This document shows positions 21,562-31,690 of a DNA stretch of 52,067 nt, piece after piece. The notes under the pieces were generated by a model, which was given only the letters and a program-made list of their open reading frames with translations, made no database searches and was not told where the DNA came from. Every line of letters begins with the position of its first letter. The first letter of the stretch is position 1. Made by a program: the position numbers and the translations under genes. This stretch comes from Rothia sp. (in: high G+C Gram-positive bacteria) (GTDB taxonomy: Bacteria; Actinomycetota; Actinomycetes; Actinomycetales; Micrococcaceae), in assembly GCA_034179845.1 (NCBI GenBank), contig JAXFPK010000067.1:1-52067 (forward strand), read 5' to 3'.

Positions 21562-22938
21562 TTAGCCGTGCAGCGGGGTGCCAGCCAGAGCCATTGCTGC
21601 TTCACCCAGTGATTCGTTCTGAGTGGGGTGAGCGTGGATGAACTGTGCAACGTCCTCGGGGAATGCTTCCCAGACAACCCACATCTGAGCCTCACCAATC
21701 TGCTCGCCCATGCGCTTACCAACGGCGTGAACACCGATGATGGGGCCGTTCTTCTCGCGAACAACCTTGACCAGACCGCCGGTGCCCAAGATGGAGGACT
21801 TACCGTTACCAGCCAGGTTGTATTCAGCAACCTGAACGTTTTCCTTACCGAACTTCTCTTCGGCCTTGGGCTGTGAGTAGCCGATAGAAGCAATCTCAGG
21901 CTCGCAGAAGGTAACCTTGGGGATGTTGATGTCTTCGACAATCTGGGGGTTCAGGCCAGCGATTTCTTCAGCAACGAAGCGACCCTGCTGGTAGCCACGG
22001 TGAGCAAGCTGAACGCCAGGGACGATATCGCCGATTGCGTAGATGTTGCCTACGCCGGTGTGCAGACGCTCGTTGGGGATAACGAAACCGCGGTCCATGG
22101 TGATGCCCTGCTCTTCGTAACCAAAGCCCTCAGTGTTGGGGCCACGGCCTACAGCGACAAGAACAATCTCGGCCTCGAACTCGGTGCCATCTTCAAGGGT
22201 GACCTTGGCGCCGTTAGCATCCTGCTCAACGGTCTTGAAGAACTTGCCCAGTGAAGACTTAATGCCGCGCTTCTTGAACTCGCGCTCAACAACCTTGATG
22301 ATTGAGGGGTCTTCGTTGGGGACCAGGTGGGGCAGGCCTTCAATGATGGTGACCTCAACGCCCATGGAGTTCCACATGGAAGCGAACTCAGAACCGATTA
22401 CGCCACCGCCAAGGACGATTGCGCTCTTGGGCAGGTAGTCCATCTGAAGTGCTTCGGTGGAGGTAAGAACGCGGTCGCGAATCTCGATACCGAAGGTCTT
22501 AGAGATTGAACCTGAAGCCAGGATAATGTGCTTACCCTTATACTCGGTGCCGTTGACGGTGATGGTGTCCTTGCCGGTGAGCTTACCTTCACCTTCAATG
22601 ACGGTGACCTTCTTCATCTTGAGAAGACCGGACAGACCCTTGAACTTGCCGGCAACGATGCCGTCCTTGTAGTCACGGACCTTAGCCATGTCAATGGACT
22701 CAAGGGTGGTGTTGACACCGTACTGAGCTGAGTGCTGTGCTTCTGAGGCTAGCTCTGCTGCGTGCAGGTAAGCCTTGGTGGGGATACAACCGGTGTGAAG
22801 GCAAGTACCACCCAGTTTGCTCTTTTCGATGAGGCCTACGGTGAAGCCCAGCTGAATAGCTCGCAGAGCTGCTGAGTAGCCTGCGCTACCGCCACCGAGG
22901 ATGAGGATATCGAATTCTGTTGTTGCCGAATCGGCCAC
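21562..22938 (-). CDS. lpdA: Dihydrolipoamide dehydrogenase
   Basis: Motifs GGGSAG, GGTCLHTGCIP, HAHPTQNE. Confidence 0.97.
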   Translation of the reverse strand: MADSATTEFDILILGGGSAGYSAALRAIQLGFTVGLIEKSKLGGTCLHTGCIPTKAYLHAAELASEAQHSAQYGVNTTLESIDMAKVRDYKDGIVAGKFKGLSGLLKMKKVTVIEGEGKLTGKDTITVNGTEYKGKHIILASGSISKTFGIEIRDRVLTSTEALQMDYLPKSAIVLGGGVIGSEFASMWNSMGVEVTIIEGLPHLVPNEDPSIIKVVEREFKKRGIKSSLGKFFKTVEQDANGAKVTLEDGTEFEAEIVLVAVGRGPNTEGFGYEEQGITMDRGFVIPNERLHTGVGNIYAIGDIVPGVQLAHRGYQQGRFVAEEIAGLNPQIVEDINIPKVTFCEPEIASIGYSQPKAEEKFGKENVQVAEYNLAGNGKSSILGTGGLVKVVREKNGPIIGVHAVGKRMGEQIGEAQMWVVWEAFPEDVAQFIHAHPTQNESLGEAAMALAGTPLHG

Positions 22939-23137
22939 GTTGACGCTCCCTTACATGGGTTGCGGAGGCCGAAGCCCCCATGTGTACTGTCACGTTCTAG
23001 CTTATCCCTTGAACACCTCCACCTGCCACTATTGACAGGTGTTTTATTGTTCTGGTGGGAATGATTACACCCTCTACCCCGCTAGAACCTAACTAAAAAG
23101 GGTGTAAACGTAAAAAGTTGCCTACGAAAGAGGAGAA

Positions 23138-24652
23138 TTAGGCGTACGCTTCAATGAACTTAATCAAAGTAGCGATGGAGTGGCCGGTACCTTCCTTAGG
23201 GGTATAACCGTAAGGACTCTCCTCGTTGAAGGAAGGACCCGCAAAATCTAAGTGTGCCCAGGGAATCTTGGCGCCGTCCTTCTCGCCCACAAATTCTTCA
23301 AGAAACATGCCAGCTACCAGCATGCCTCCATACCGAGCACCAATATTTTGCATATCGGCAACGGAAGACTTGAGGCTCTTGCGCAGATGCTGGGGCATAG
23401 GCATAGGCCAGTAGTCCTCACCGGCCTCGGCTGCTGCATCAACAACCTGCTTGCGAACATCATCACGGCCCATCACCGCTGCGGTGCGGACGCCTAAAGC
23501 AACGAGCTGGGCACTGGTGAGGGTCGCGATATCCAGCAGAACATCGGGCTCAGTTTCAGAGGCCAGGGCTAGACCGTCGGCCATGACCAAACGGCCTTCA
23601 GCATCGGTATTCATGACCTCTACGCTGTGGCCGCTGCGCATAGTAAGCACATCTTCGGGGCGGATAGAATTGCCGCCGGGCATATTTTCAGCCAGGCAAA
23701 GATAGCCGTGGACGGCAACCGGCAGGTTAAGCTCAGACGCTGCAGCAACAACGTTGAGCACGGTTGCAGCCCCTGCCATATCAGATTTCATGGTGGTCAT
23801 AGAGCCCGCAGGCTTCAAGGAGATACCACCAGTATCAAAAGTAATACCCTTGCCCACAATGGCAACGGTCTTCTCAGCATGATCGGGAGTGTATTTGACT
23901 TCAACAAGGCGGGGCTTACGCTCTGAGCCCTGGCCAACGCCAGCGATACCGCCAAAGCCTTCTGCAACTAGCTCATCGTAGTCCCAGACCTTAGTCTCAA
24001 CATGCTTCAGGCCATCGACCCGAGAAAGGGCGCGCTCAGCAAAAGTCTCAGGGTAGAGATGGGAGGGGGGAGTATTGACCAGACGGCGGGTATGATCAAC
24101 TGCTTCACCCAGAATCAAGGCCCGGGTGAGTACATTTTCAGCCTCTTCAACTGTCACATCAGTAACAATGAGAACCTCAGCAACCGGAGCTTTGACCGAA
24201 TCAGAGGTCTTTGCTCGTAACTGAGCATCGGTGAAGGCGCCGTAGGTGGCACCTTCTGCTACGGCAGCTACCTCTTCAGCGGTCTCAGTGCCCAAGGCGA
24301 GGGCTACGATATCTACACCGGCAAGCTGACGGATAGCTGAACCTGCTGCATAGCGCAGGGCGGTGCGGTGAGCGGTGGCATCATCATTCTGTGTGCCCAG
24401 CCCGATAAGAGCAACCACATCCACACCAGCTTCATCAAAACCGGGAAGTCGAAGAAGTTCGTCCTGCTTGCCGCTAACCCCCAAATCTTCCAAAATAGCC
24501 TCTAGCCCCTCAGCCGTTTCGCTATCGAGGGGGTTAGGGGCAAGTGAGGGGCCTTCCTTACCGGAATACACGCCCAGCACCAGTACATCAGCCTCAAGAG
24601 CGTCAAGGTCGGGGGCGGTTACAGAGAATGATAGGTCGTGAGAATCGCTCAC
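23138..24652 (-). CDS. pepA: Leucyl aminopeptidase (M17)
   Basis: Motifs VGKGITFDTGG, MKSDMAGAA, NTDAEGRL, DIATLT. Confidence 0.96.
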   Translation of the reverse strand: MSDSHDLSFSVTAPDLDALEADVLVLGVYSGKEGPSLAPNPLDSETAEGLEAILEDLGVSGKQDELLRLPGFDEAGVDVVALIGLGTQNDDATAHRTALRYAAGSAIRQLAGVDIVALALGTETAEEVAAVAEGATYGAFTDAQLRAKTSDSVKAPVAEVLIVTDVTVEEAENVLTRALILGEAVDHTRRLVNTPPSHLYPETFAERALSRVDGLKHVETKVWDYDELVAEGFGGIAGVGQGSERKPRLVEVKYTPDHAEKTVAIVGKGITFDTGGISLKPAGSMTTMKSDMAGAATVLNVVAAASELNLPVAVHGYLCLAENMPGGNSIRPEDVLTMRSGHSVEVMNTDAEGRLVMADGLALASETEPDVLLDIATLTSAQLVALGVRTAAVMGRDDVRKQVVDAAAEAGEDYWPMPMPQHLRKSLKSSVADMQNIGARYGGMLVAGMFLEEFVGEKDGAKIPWAHLDFAGPSFNEESPYGYTPKEGTGHSIATLIKFIEAYA

Positions 24653-24942
24653 AGAAATCTCCCTTCACATCAGGAATAAATAGGGGCAGCTACGCTATAA
24701 AGCGACTGCAGTACCGTCTATAAGATTAGGCCTAAATACTGTGAGAATGTAACCTGCGCAACGCCCCTTACTGGTAAATCACCGTAGAGCGAACAGATAA
24801 GGCGAGAACTCTGCGTGGCTGTCAGCAATAATTCTGTATGTTCCCAGCCTTATACCTCAGTCATCAGACTACACACCGGCCATACCCTGGAGTACTATAG
24901 AGACTCACAGAAGACGGGAACTCAAAAAAGGGGGCTAGAAAG

Positions 24943-25887
24943 ATGATGCACGAAGACCGGCTGTATATAGCCCAGGCCGGAGCGTTCGAAAATGACCGGT
25001 TACGAGGTCTACCTCTTGTCATTGCTCTCTCTCACCCCCAGGATGCAGGTGGTACCGCCGGGCACCTAGGTGAAGTACTTCTGCACGAACTTGATAACGT
25101 GCCCGTCATTGAATTTGATGCTGACCGCCTACACGACTACCGCTCACGAAAGCCCCGCATCACTTTCAAGAAAGACCACTACACCAACCCGGTGCTCCCC
25201 GAACTCAAACTCTATGCGGTAGAAGACCGCCTGGGTAAGCCTTTCTTGCTCCTTACTGGAGCAGAACCTGATTTGCTGTGGCAACGATTTACAGCTGATG
25301 TGGTTGATATCGCCCAGAAACTTGAAGTTTCTGTAGCCCTAACGGTTACAGGCTTCCCTATGCCTGTTCCGCATACCCGCCCTATCCCCGTAACCGCACA
25401 CGGATCACGAAAAGACCTAACCGTTGGCATCTCCCCTTTTCAACCTGAGGTCATGGTGCCAGGGTCCGTTTCAAGCCTGCTCGAAGTTCGCCTCACCGAG
25501 GCTGGGATTGGCACAGCTGGCTTCGCGGTGAATGTTCCACAATACCTTTCAGAGTCAGAACTTCCCCAGACTGCTCTCATCGCCATGGAGCACCTGTCGC
25601 TAGCTGCTAAGTTGAGCCTTCCCTCAGATCGCTTGCGGGAACTATCTGAAAACGTCCAGCTACAAATTGATGAGCAAGCTAACGCCAACCCTGATATTCA
25701 AAGGATGATTCGGCGCCTAGAAGAATCATATGACGCAAACGCCGCCCAAGGATTTAGCAGCCTGCCCCTCTCACAACGAGCAGCAGGGCAGGTTCCTAGC
25801 CGGGACGAAATCGGTGATGAAGTCGAGGCTTTTTTGGCCCAGTTAGACTACCACGACCCAGATGCGGGTGAAGGCACCCCGGGCTAG
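24943..25887 (+). CDS. PAC2 (proteasome assembly chaperone-like) family protein
   Basis: Motifs DAG, DYRSRKP, GAEPDLLW, PMPVPHTRP, VPQYL, LEESYD. Confidence 0.85.
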   Translation: MMHEDRLYIAQAGAFENDRLRGLPLVIALSHPQDAGGTAGHLGEVLLHELDNVPVIEFDADRLHDYRSRKPRITFKKDHYTNPVLPELKLYAVEDRLGKPFLLLTGAEPDLLWQRFTADVVDIAQKLEVSVALTVTGFPMPVPHTRPIPVTAHGSRKDLTVGISPFQPEVMVPGSVSSLLEVRLTEAGIGTAGFAVNVPQYLSESELPQTALIAMEHLSLAAKLSLPSDRLRELSENVQLQIDEQANANPDIQRMIRRLEESYDANAAQGFSSLPLSQRAAGQVPSRDEIGDEVEAFLAQLDYHDPDAGEGTPG

Positions 25888-25959
25888 GCCCCTCATCTTC
25901 CTAGGCTCCTCATCTTCCTCGGAAGTCTCAGAGCGTTTTCAGTTCAGAGCGTTTTCAGT
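25884..25959. repeat. Two adjacent short tandem duplications (17 bp x2 and 16 bp x2)
   Basis: CTAGGC(C/T)CCTCATCTTC at 25884-25900 and 25901-25917; TCAGAGCGTTTTCAGT at 25928-25943 and 25944-25959. Confidence 0.85.
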
Positions 25960-25971
25960 AGTGCGCCTGGC

Positions 25972-26105
25972 TGTGGAAATCCTCATATATCTGTCACAGA
26001 TAAGTCATAGATTCACCGACATATAGGTTCCTAGCCCATGGTCTACCACAAAAAACCTTGTGACTTGGGTAAATTCCCTATTCGCTGACTATGAAGATAT
26101 CCACA
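25972..26105. promoter_or_regulatory. Pair of near-consensus DnaA-type boxes upstream of the DUF4192 gene
   Basis: TGTGGAAAT (25972-25980) and ATATCCACA (26097-26105), with GTCA repeats 11 bp apart (25993, 26004). Confidence 0.45.
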
Positions 26106-26155
26106 AGGGGTAGCGAAATTCCCCTAAGGCTCTGACTTTCACCAGGCTAATAGGT

Positions 26156-27562
26156 ATGACAGAGAATTACTCCGCCCCAGAAGAACCCACCGTTACCTAC
26201 ATCAGCTCCGAGCGCGACGTCCTTGCCCTAGCACTTCACCTTTTAGGGTATTGGCCTGAACAATCCATCCTGCTTCTAGCTCTCAGCGACGGAGGCGCTG
26301 GCCCCCTCATGCGAGTAGATATGCCGGATATTTCTGACGTAGCCCCGGACGACTTCCTTACATACCTCTTTGGCGCCTTCCCCACCCACAGCCCTAGCGG
26401 TGACCCTATCAACAGCGTCTTTCTGCTCCTCTTTGCCCCAGGTTCAACTTCGGGTACTGCAAATGCGGCAGTAGAAAGTCCTTTCATAGACACAGCGCAA
26501 CAGTACGCCACGCTCGCCCCAGCTCATGCTCAACGCCATGGGCTAAACGTACTGGACGTACTTGCAATTGGGCAACAGGCCTACTGGGCAGTAAATCCCG
26601 CTGAAGGACAACTTGCTCCCGCAGGCTTTCTCGACGATGTGCTCACAAGCCCGCTCTACGCCGAACTGGTAACTCGCGGATCATGCGTTGCGAACGATTT
26701 CTTAGAAGCACAAAAACTCAAAAGATGGGATGCGCTACAAACCCAGAACCCCCAGGCACAAGAGAGCTGGCAGGTCTATGCTGAAGCTGCTAGCACCCTA
26801 TACCAGCACAATAAAGAAGAAGAGAACCCTGATGAAGCGTTCCAAATTGCTGGCGAACTAGAGCTGTGGGAACAGGCGATAGATACAGTGACTTCCTTGC
26901 TAGATAATGCCCCGGGTATAGACCTAGATAACAGGGGAGTGCTAGCTGATTCCATACGCGCCACGGTGCTACCTGACTTAGCCGGTTTTCTCATCACTTC
27001 ACTCAGTAGCCTCGCCACGCTGCAACTGGTAATTTTTCAGGCCTGCCGCAGTCTCAAAGACTCCGTAGCCGCCCTTGAAACCTTGGCCAAGAGCAGCGAA
27101 GAACTTGGAATAAATCATCAGCCGGAATCTAATAGGGTGCTGCCCCTGCCCTCCACGCTTCACCGGTATCAGCTCAATCACCTCAGCCAACCTGAATCTT
27201 ATACACCGAACCCATCAAAAGACACAGGGGATAATCTCAGCGCACTCGCACAGACCCTTTTTGGGCTAGAAACTCTCCCACCATGCTGGAAACGTCTTGA
27301 CGCTTTAGCCTGCCTGGCAGCCGTACTTGAAGGCTCTGCCACCGGGAAAGCAGAAGGGGCTCTTGTTGCTGCTCAAGCCTGGATGAGCTGGATGCGGGGA
27401 AACTCTACAGAAGCCTCCCATCTGCTCGAAACCATTGATAACACCTATATTGAAAATGATTCTCTACCCCTGCACTACCTCTTAACCATAAGTGCCTTCC
27501 CAGCCTGGCTTACCCTCCCTGGAGGGACTCCTGGAGGGAAGATGAGTAAGAATAGCGAATAA
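26156..27562 (+). CDS. DUF4192 family protein (divergent)
   Basis: N-terminal DVLALALHLLGYWPEQSILL...RVD and C-terminal AWMSWMRGNSTEA. Conserved position upstream of sigA. Confidence 0.8.
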   Translation: MTENYSAPEEPTVTYISSERDVLALALHLLGYWPEQSILLLALSDGGAGPLMRVDMPDISDVAPDDFLTYLFGAFPTHSPSGDPINSVFLLLFAPGSTSGTANAAVESPFIDTAQQYATLAPAHAQRHGLNVLDVLAIGQQAYWAVNPAEGQLAPAGFLDDVLTSPLYAELVTRGSCVANDFLEAQKLKRWDALQTQNPQAQESWQVYAEAASTLYQHNKEEENPDEAFQIAGELELWEQAIDTVTSLLDNAPGIDLDNRGVLADSIRATVLPDLAGFLITSLSSLATLQLVIFQACRSLKDSVAALETLAKSSEELGINHQPESNRVLPLPSTLHRYQLNHLSQPESYTPNPSKDTGDNLSALAQTLFGLETLPPCWKRLDALACLAAVLEGSATGKAEGALVAAQAWMSWMRGNSTEASHLLETIDNTYIENDSLPLHYLLTISAFPAWLTLPGGTPGGKMSKNSE

Positions 27563-27808
27563 GAGGCCGTGCCTTCTTCGCTAGATAACCTAAAACATGT
27601 CATACTTGACTATTGACCCCGCTCAAAGTATCTCTCAGAAAATACAGTTCCGTATTCGGGAATAGCAACCCCTTCTAGGGTGTTGAGATAACCGATAGTT
27701 ACCTAGAAACTGCATTTTGTGACCCAGGCACTTGACAGGGTCTTAGGTGTTTTGACCGCGAACACCGCCTCATACTCGCTACGGTCAACTAGCTCAGAAA
27801 GGTTTTCT

Positions 27809-29152
27809 GTGTCACCAGCCGCACGCAAGAAAGCAGCCAGCGAAACCGCTGCAACCAAAGCCACCGCTAAAAAAACCTCAACTCGCGCCAAAGCAAAAAA
27901 GGCTGATGAGGCAGCAGACGCCGTAGAAGCAGACGACGAAGAAAGCGCCGCACCTCAGCGAGCCCCCAAAAAGACCGCAGCTAAGAAAGCTGCCCCTAAA
28001 AAGGGCCGTAAAGCCAAGGACGAGGACGACGAATTCGCCGATAGCGACATCGACTTGAGCGGTGATGACCTCGATACCACCGACATCGAAGATGCCGATG
28101 AAGACGATGAAGATGACGAGACTAACTCCGTCACCAAAGAAGAAAAGAAAGAAGCTGAAGCTGTAGCAGCTAAGGGCTCAGGCTTTGTTCTCACTACCAA
28201 CGATGAAGATGACGCCCCTGCCATCCGCGTTGTTACTCCCGGCGCCACAGCGGACCCCGTTAAGGACTACCTCAAGCAGATTGGTAAGGTCGCCCTCCTC
28301 AACGCTGAGCAGGAAGTTGATCTTGCTATGCGCATCGAGGCAGGTCTCTACGCCGAACACAAGCTCAAAGAAAACCCTGATATGGACCCGCAGCTCAAGA
28401 AAGAGCTACGTTGGGTTATTCACGACGGCCGCCGTGCCAAGAACCACCTGCTGGAGGCCAACCTACGACTGGTCGTCTCTCTTGCTAAGCGTTACACTGG
28501 CCGCGGCATGCTCTTCCTCGACCTGATTCAGGAAGGCAATCTGGGCTTGATTCGCGCTGTTGAGAAGTTCGACTACTCAAAGGGCTTTAAGTTCTCAACT
28601 TACGCAACCTGGTGGATTCGTCAGGCCATTACCCGCGCTATGGCAGACCAGGCTCGTACTATTCGTATTCCTGTGCACATGGTTGAAGTCATCAACAAGC
28701 TGGCACGTGTGCAGCGTCAGATGCTACAGGATCTAGGCCGCGAACCTACCCCTGAGGAGCTTGCTAAAGAACTTGATATGACCCCCGAAAAGGTCATTGA
28801 AGTTCAGAAATACGGCCGCGAACCGATTTCACTCCACACCCCTCTGGGTGAGGACGGCGACTCTGAGTTCGGTGACCTGATTGAGGACTCTGAAGCTGTG
28901 GTACCAGCAGACGCCGTCTCATTCACCCTACTCCAAGAACAACTCCACTCAGTTCTAGATACTCTCTCTGAACGTGAAGCTGGTGTTGTTGCCATGCGTT
29001 TTGGTATGACTGATGGTCAGCCTAAGACTCTCGATGAAATCGGCAAAGTCTACGGGGTTACCCGTGAGCGCATTCGCCAGATTGAATCAAAGACCATGTC
29101 TAAGCTCCGTCACCCTAGCCGCTCCCAGGTTCTTCGCGACTACCTAGACTAA
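27809..29152 (+). CDS. sigA: Principal RNA polymerase sigma factor
   Basis: Motifs [55 protein letters not shown] start at 27809 after GAAAGG. Confidence 0.97.
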   Translation: MSPAARKKAASETAATKATAKKTSTRAKAKKADEAADAVEADDEESAAPQRAPKKTAAKKAAPKKGRKAKDEDDEFADSDIDLSGDDLDTTDIEDADEDDEDDETNSVTKEEKKEAEAVAAKGSGFVLTTNDEDDAPAIRVVTPGATADPVKDYLKQIGKVALLNAEQEVDLAMRIEAGLYAEHKLKENPDMDPQLKKELRWVIHDGRRAKNHLLEANLRLVVSLAKRYTGRGMLFLDLIQEGNLGLIRAVEKFDYSKGFKFSTYATWWIRQAITRAMADQARTIRIPVHMVEVINKLARVQRQMLQDLGREPTPEELAKELDMTPEKVIEVQKYGREPISLHTPLGEDGDSEFGDLIEDSEAVVPADAVSFTLLQEQLHSVLDTLSEREAGVVAMRFGMTDGQPKTLDEIGKVYGVTRERIRQIESKTMSKLRHPSRSQVLRDYLD

Positions 29153-29174
29153 ACCGGCTTAGTGGAGACACAGT

Positions 29175-29222
29175 AAAAGGGTGGGGCCCTTGAGCAAGCT
29201 AGCTCAAGGGCCCCACCCTTTT
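29175..29222. terminator. Bidirectional intrinsic terminator
   Basis: AAAAGGGTGGGGCCCTTGAGC...GCTCAAGGGCCCCACCCTTTT. Confidence 0.9.
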
Positions 29223-29276
29223 CGCGATACATCTGAATCACACCATCATAAGTGCGCAGCGCTTGAGAAACCTGCC

Positions 29277-29780
29277 TTAAGCAATAGCTAGGGCCACAAT
29301 TTTCCAGTTGCCTCGTTTGCGCTCTGCCCGAAGAGCTATAGCTCTCGTCCGAATCTCATCGGTCACCAGTAAACTCATCTCATAGGCTGTAGGGGCAGCT
29401 TTCTGAACGATGATACGACGCGGGCGAATCTGTGCTGAAGGCTTCTGAGGGTACATGGCTTGAGGGTAATGAAGCTGCCGGTAACGAATGGCAGCTTTAG
29501 CTTGTTCAAGCTGCTTCTCCAGAGTGCGGTAGCAGCCAATAGTCATCCACGGCGCCAGATGATGCTGAGGCCTGCGCCCCATAAAAACTTCAATGGCAGC
29601 GGTTCCGATGCGAACCCCAAGCTGCTCAACAGCCTGCTCCTCTTGATCGATAAATGAAAGACTTACTTCAGGCTCAGCGGGGTGACCCTTTTCAAAGAAA
29701 GGCGCATATTTCTCAGCGTATTCGGTAGCCTCTACGATGATGTATTTACGGTTGTCTCGTTCTGGGAAAGCGGTTTTCAT
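29277..29780 (-). CDS. Rv3235-family protein
   Basis: Motifs AAIEVFMGRRPQHHL..W and RTRAIALRAE...NWKIVAL. Located downstream of the LysM gene. Confidence 0.75.
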   Translation of the reverse strand: MKTAFPERDNRKYIIVEATEYAEKYAPFFEKGHPAEPEVSLSFIDQEEQAVEQLGVRIGTAAIEVFMGRRPQHHLAPWMTIGCYRTLEKQLEQAKAAIRYRQLHYPQAMYPQKPSAQIRPRRIIVQKAAPTAYEMSLLVTDEIRTRAIALRAERKRGNWKIVALAIA

Positions 29781-29800
29781 TGGATGCTCCTTTGTAAAAC

Positions 29801-30730
29801 CTAACGGGGTAAATGAATAGTTTGACCTGGAAAAATAAGGGTATCTAGGGTGGGGATAGTATCTTGATTAAGGTGGTAGATGCTCTGCACAAGCGCCAAC
29901 ACCTCAGCTCCAGAAGCATCTGGGGCTAACCTGCTTTCTGCAATGCTCCATAAGGAATCACCAGAGGCTACGGTGTAGGTATCTGTGAGATTTTCAGTTG
30001 GGTGTGCATCTTTGCCCTCGGAGGCTCCAGAGAACTGCACTGACTCTGGGGTAGCAAGAAGGGAAAGTTCCTCTTGGTTGCTACCGCCTTCCCCAGAGAT
30101 TTGCGATAGAGGAGTGCTGCCTCCAAATAGGGGAGAGATGGGGCGGTAGCTTGTACCTTTGACAGGAAGAATAGTTACGGCCGTCTGCGTCTGAGGGCTT
30201 TCGAAGAGCGGTGAAAGTGGAGTTGCGGGGCTCCTTAGATCGATGAGGGGACCATCGATAGGAGAAGCGACGTTAGATTCGTGAGGAAACAGAGGGGAAG
30301 AAATCTCGTCTCCGTACATCGGTGCTGTAAGTACAGCGGCCTGTTCAGACGGTAAAGCATAAGCCTGTGCTGCGGGGTTTAAAGCTCCAATGCCTATAGA
30401 GGCTCCAGCAAGTGTCTTAAGAAGACCAGGGGCCCAGGCAGGAAGCTGTATCTGATGGAAGGTACGCTGCGAACGAAGCAGAGCACTGTAATAAAAACCT
30501 AAGCTCATAAGCCACCAGAGGGCAATACAGAAGCAGAACAGGCCAATAAGAGCACAAACTAAAAGACTAACCCACAGGCCTGGGGTACCTGGAGCTATGT
30601 CTAGGCCGTGTTCCTTATCTGTGAGAAGTGAGTGAACCATCATGCTAGCTACTCCAGCGCCCGCCAGAGCTAGCAGAGGAACCAAATTGGCAACTATGAA
30701 GGCAGAAACCCTTGTTTTCACTTCTTTCAC
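29801..30730 (-). CDS. Membrane-anchored LysM-domain protein
   Basis: Two N-terminal TM helices, a Pro/Ser linker and a C-terminal LysM (YTVASGDSLWSIA...N...LIFPGQTIHLP). Confidence 0.85.
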   Translation of the reverse strand: MKEVKTRVSAFIVANLVPLLALAGAGVASMMVHSLLTDKEHGLDIAPGTPGLWVSLLVCALIGLFCFCIALWWLMSLGFYYSALLRSQRTFHQIQLPAWAPGLLKTLAGASIGIGALNPAAQAYALPSEQAAVLTAPMYGDEISSPLFPHESNVASPIDGPLIDLRSPATPLSPLFESPQTQTAVTILPVKGTSYRPISPLFGGSTPLSQISGEGGSNQEELSLLATPESVQFSGASEGKDAHPTENLTDTYTVASGDSLWSIAESRLAPDASGAEVLALVQSIYHLNQDTIPTLDTLIFPGQTIHLPR

Positions 30731-30740
30731 CTCGAATCAT

Positions 30741-30770
30741 GTCATTTGATGCAGTTTGATGATTTAAGTA
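30741..30770. promoter_or_regulatory. 10-bp-phased TTTGAT repeats in the divergent LysM/hypothetical promoter
   Basis: GTCATTTGAT-GCAGTTTGAT-GATTTAAGTA. Confidence 0.5.
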
Positions 30771-30854
30771 TCATACTACTTCTCTTTGAGGGGGATTCAA
30801 AGGACGGCATGCCATTACTCGAGATATTTTCGCTCGTCACGGTATGCTCAGTGC

Positions 30855-31412
30855 ATGACACACCTCGATTTACTCTTCCGTGACTACGAAATTCAGATGG
30901 AAGCCCACAAACAGCGAGACTACGAGATGGACGCCCGCGAGCTTCGCCAAGCAGAACTTTCTCGCATCACCGCAGCCGATCGACTGGCCGCTCAGATGCA
31001 ACAAGAACTAACCATTCACGGGACAACAGGAGACATCTGGCGAGGAAAACTACAAACCCTTGGGCTAGGGTGGCTCCAACTTTCCACCGAGGCAGGGGGC
31101 ATCATCCTTCCCCTTGCCGAAACTCTCTGCTGGGAAGGAGGAAACCACCACGCAATAGGAGAAGCACACGAAGTCTCCCGAAAGCTCACCCTAGGGTCTG
31201 CCCTGCGAGCTCTGAGCAGAGCCCAACAAGAGATACAAATACATCACACCGGAGGAAAAGGACTAACCAGCGCAGGAAAAATCTACTCGGTAGGGGCAGA
31301 CTACTGCGAAATCCTCGGTATGAGGACACAAAAAGAGGGCGCATATGGAATACCACAAGTTCCACGTTGCGTCCTCTTCACCTCGATTGCCGCTATCAGA
31401 GTAGCGAGATAA
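30855..31412 (+). CDS. Conserved hypothetical protein with two similar beta-rich repeats
   Basis: MTHLDLLFRDYEIQ start, probably leaderless after TATGCT. Repeats G.IWRGKLQTLGLGWLQL and SAGKIYSVGADYCEI. Confidence 0.7.
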   Translation: MTHLDLLFRDYEIQMEAHKQRDYEMDARELRQAELSRITAADRLAAQMQQELTIHGTTGDIWRGKLQTLGLGWLQLSTEAGGIILPLAETLCWEGGNHHAIGEAHEVSRKLTLGSALRALSRAQQEIQIHHTGGKGLTSAGKIYSVGADYCEILGMRTQKEGAYGIPQVPRCVLFTSIAAIRVAR

Positions 31413-31422
31413 CCAAGCTCAT

Positions 31423-31653
31423 TTAAGAAATATCTGCCCGCTCTGACTGATCAGCCCGGATAGCTTCTTCGGTCATGGCATAGCGCTCGCTGATATAGGC
31501 TTCGAGCATACTCTTCTCAACTCTCCACTGGTTTCTGCCACCAATCTGGATAGCTTTTAGCTCCCCAGAACGCACCAATGCACGAGTTTGACTGGGGGAG
31601 ATATTAAGAATTTCACCGACGTCTGTCAGAGTGAGGAAACGCTGTTCAACCAT
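31423..31653 (-). CDS. Stand-alone excisionase/BldC-like (MerR-type) helix-turn-helix protein
   Basis: RFLTLTDVGEILNIS...VRSGELKAIQIGGRNQWRV. No integrase nearby. Confidence 0.88.
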   Translation of the reverse strand: MVEQRFLTLTDVGEILNISPSQTRALVRSGELKAIQIGGRNQWRVEKSMLEAYISERYAMTEEAIRADQSERADIS

Positions 31654-31690
31654 GTCTAGAGTCCTTTTATGAGGGGGTGAATGGGGGATT

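Noticed and set aside
25884-25959. Possible mini-CRISPR
   Set aside because: Units are adjacent without spacers, too short, and no cas genes are present.
31423-31653. Excisionase-like gene as a sign of a prophage or ICE
   Set aside because: No integrase, att/tRNA site or phage genes nearby; context fits a stand-alone regulator.
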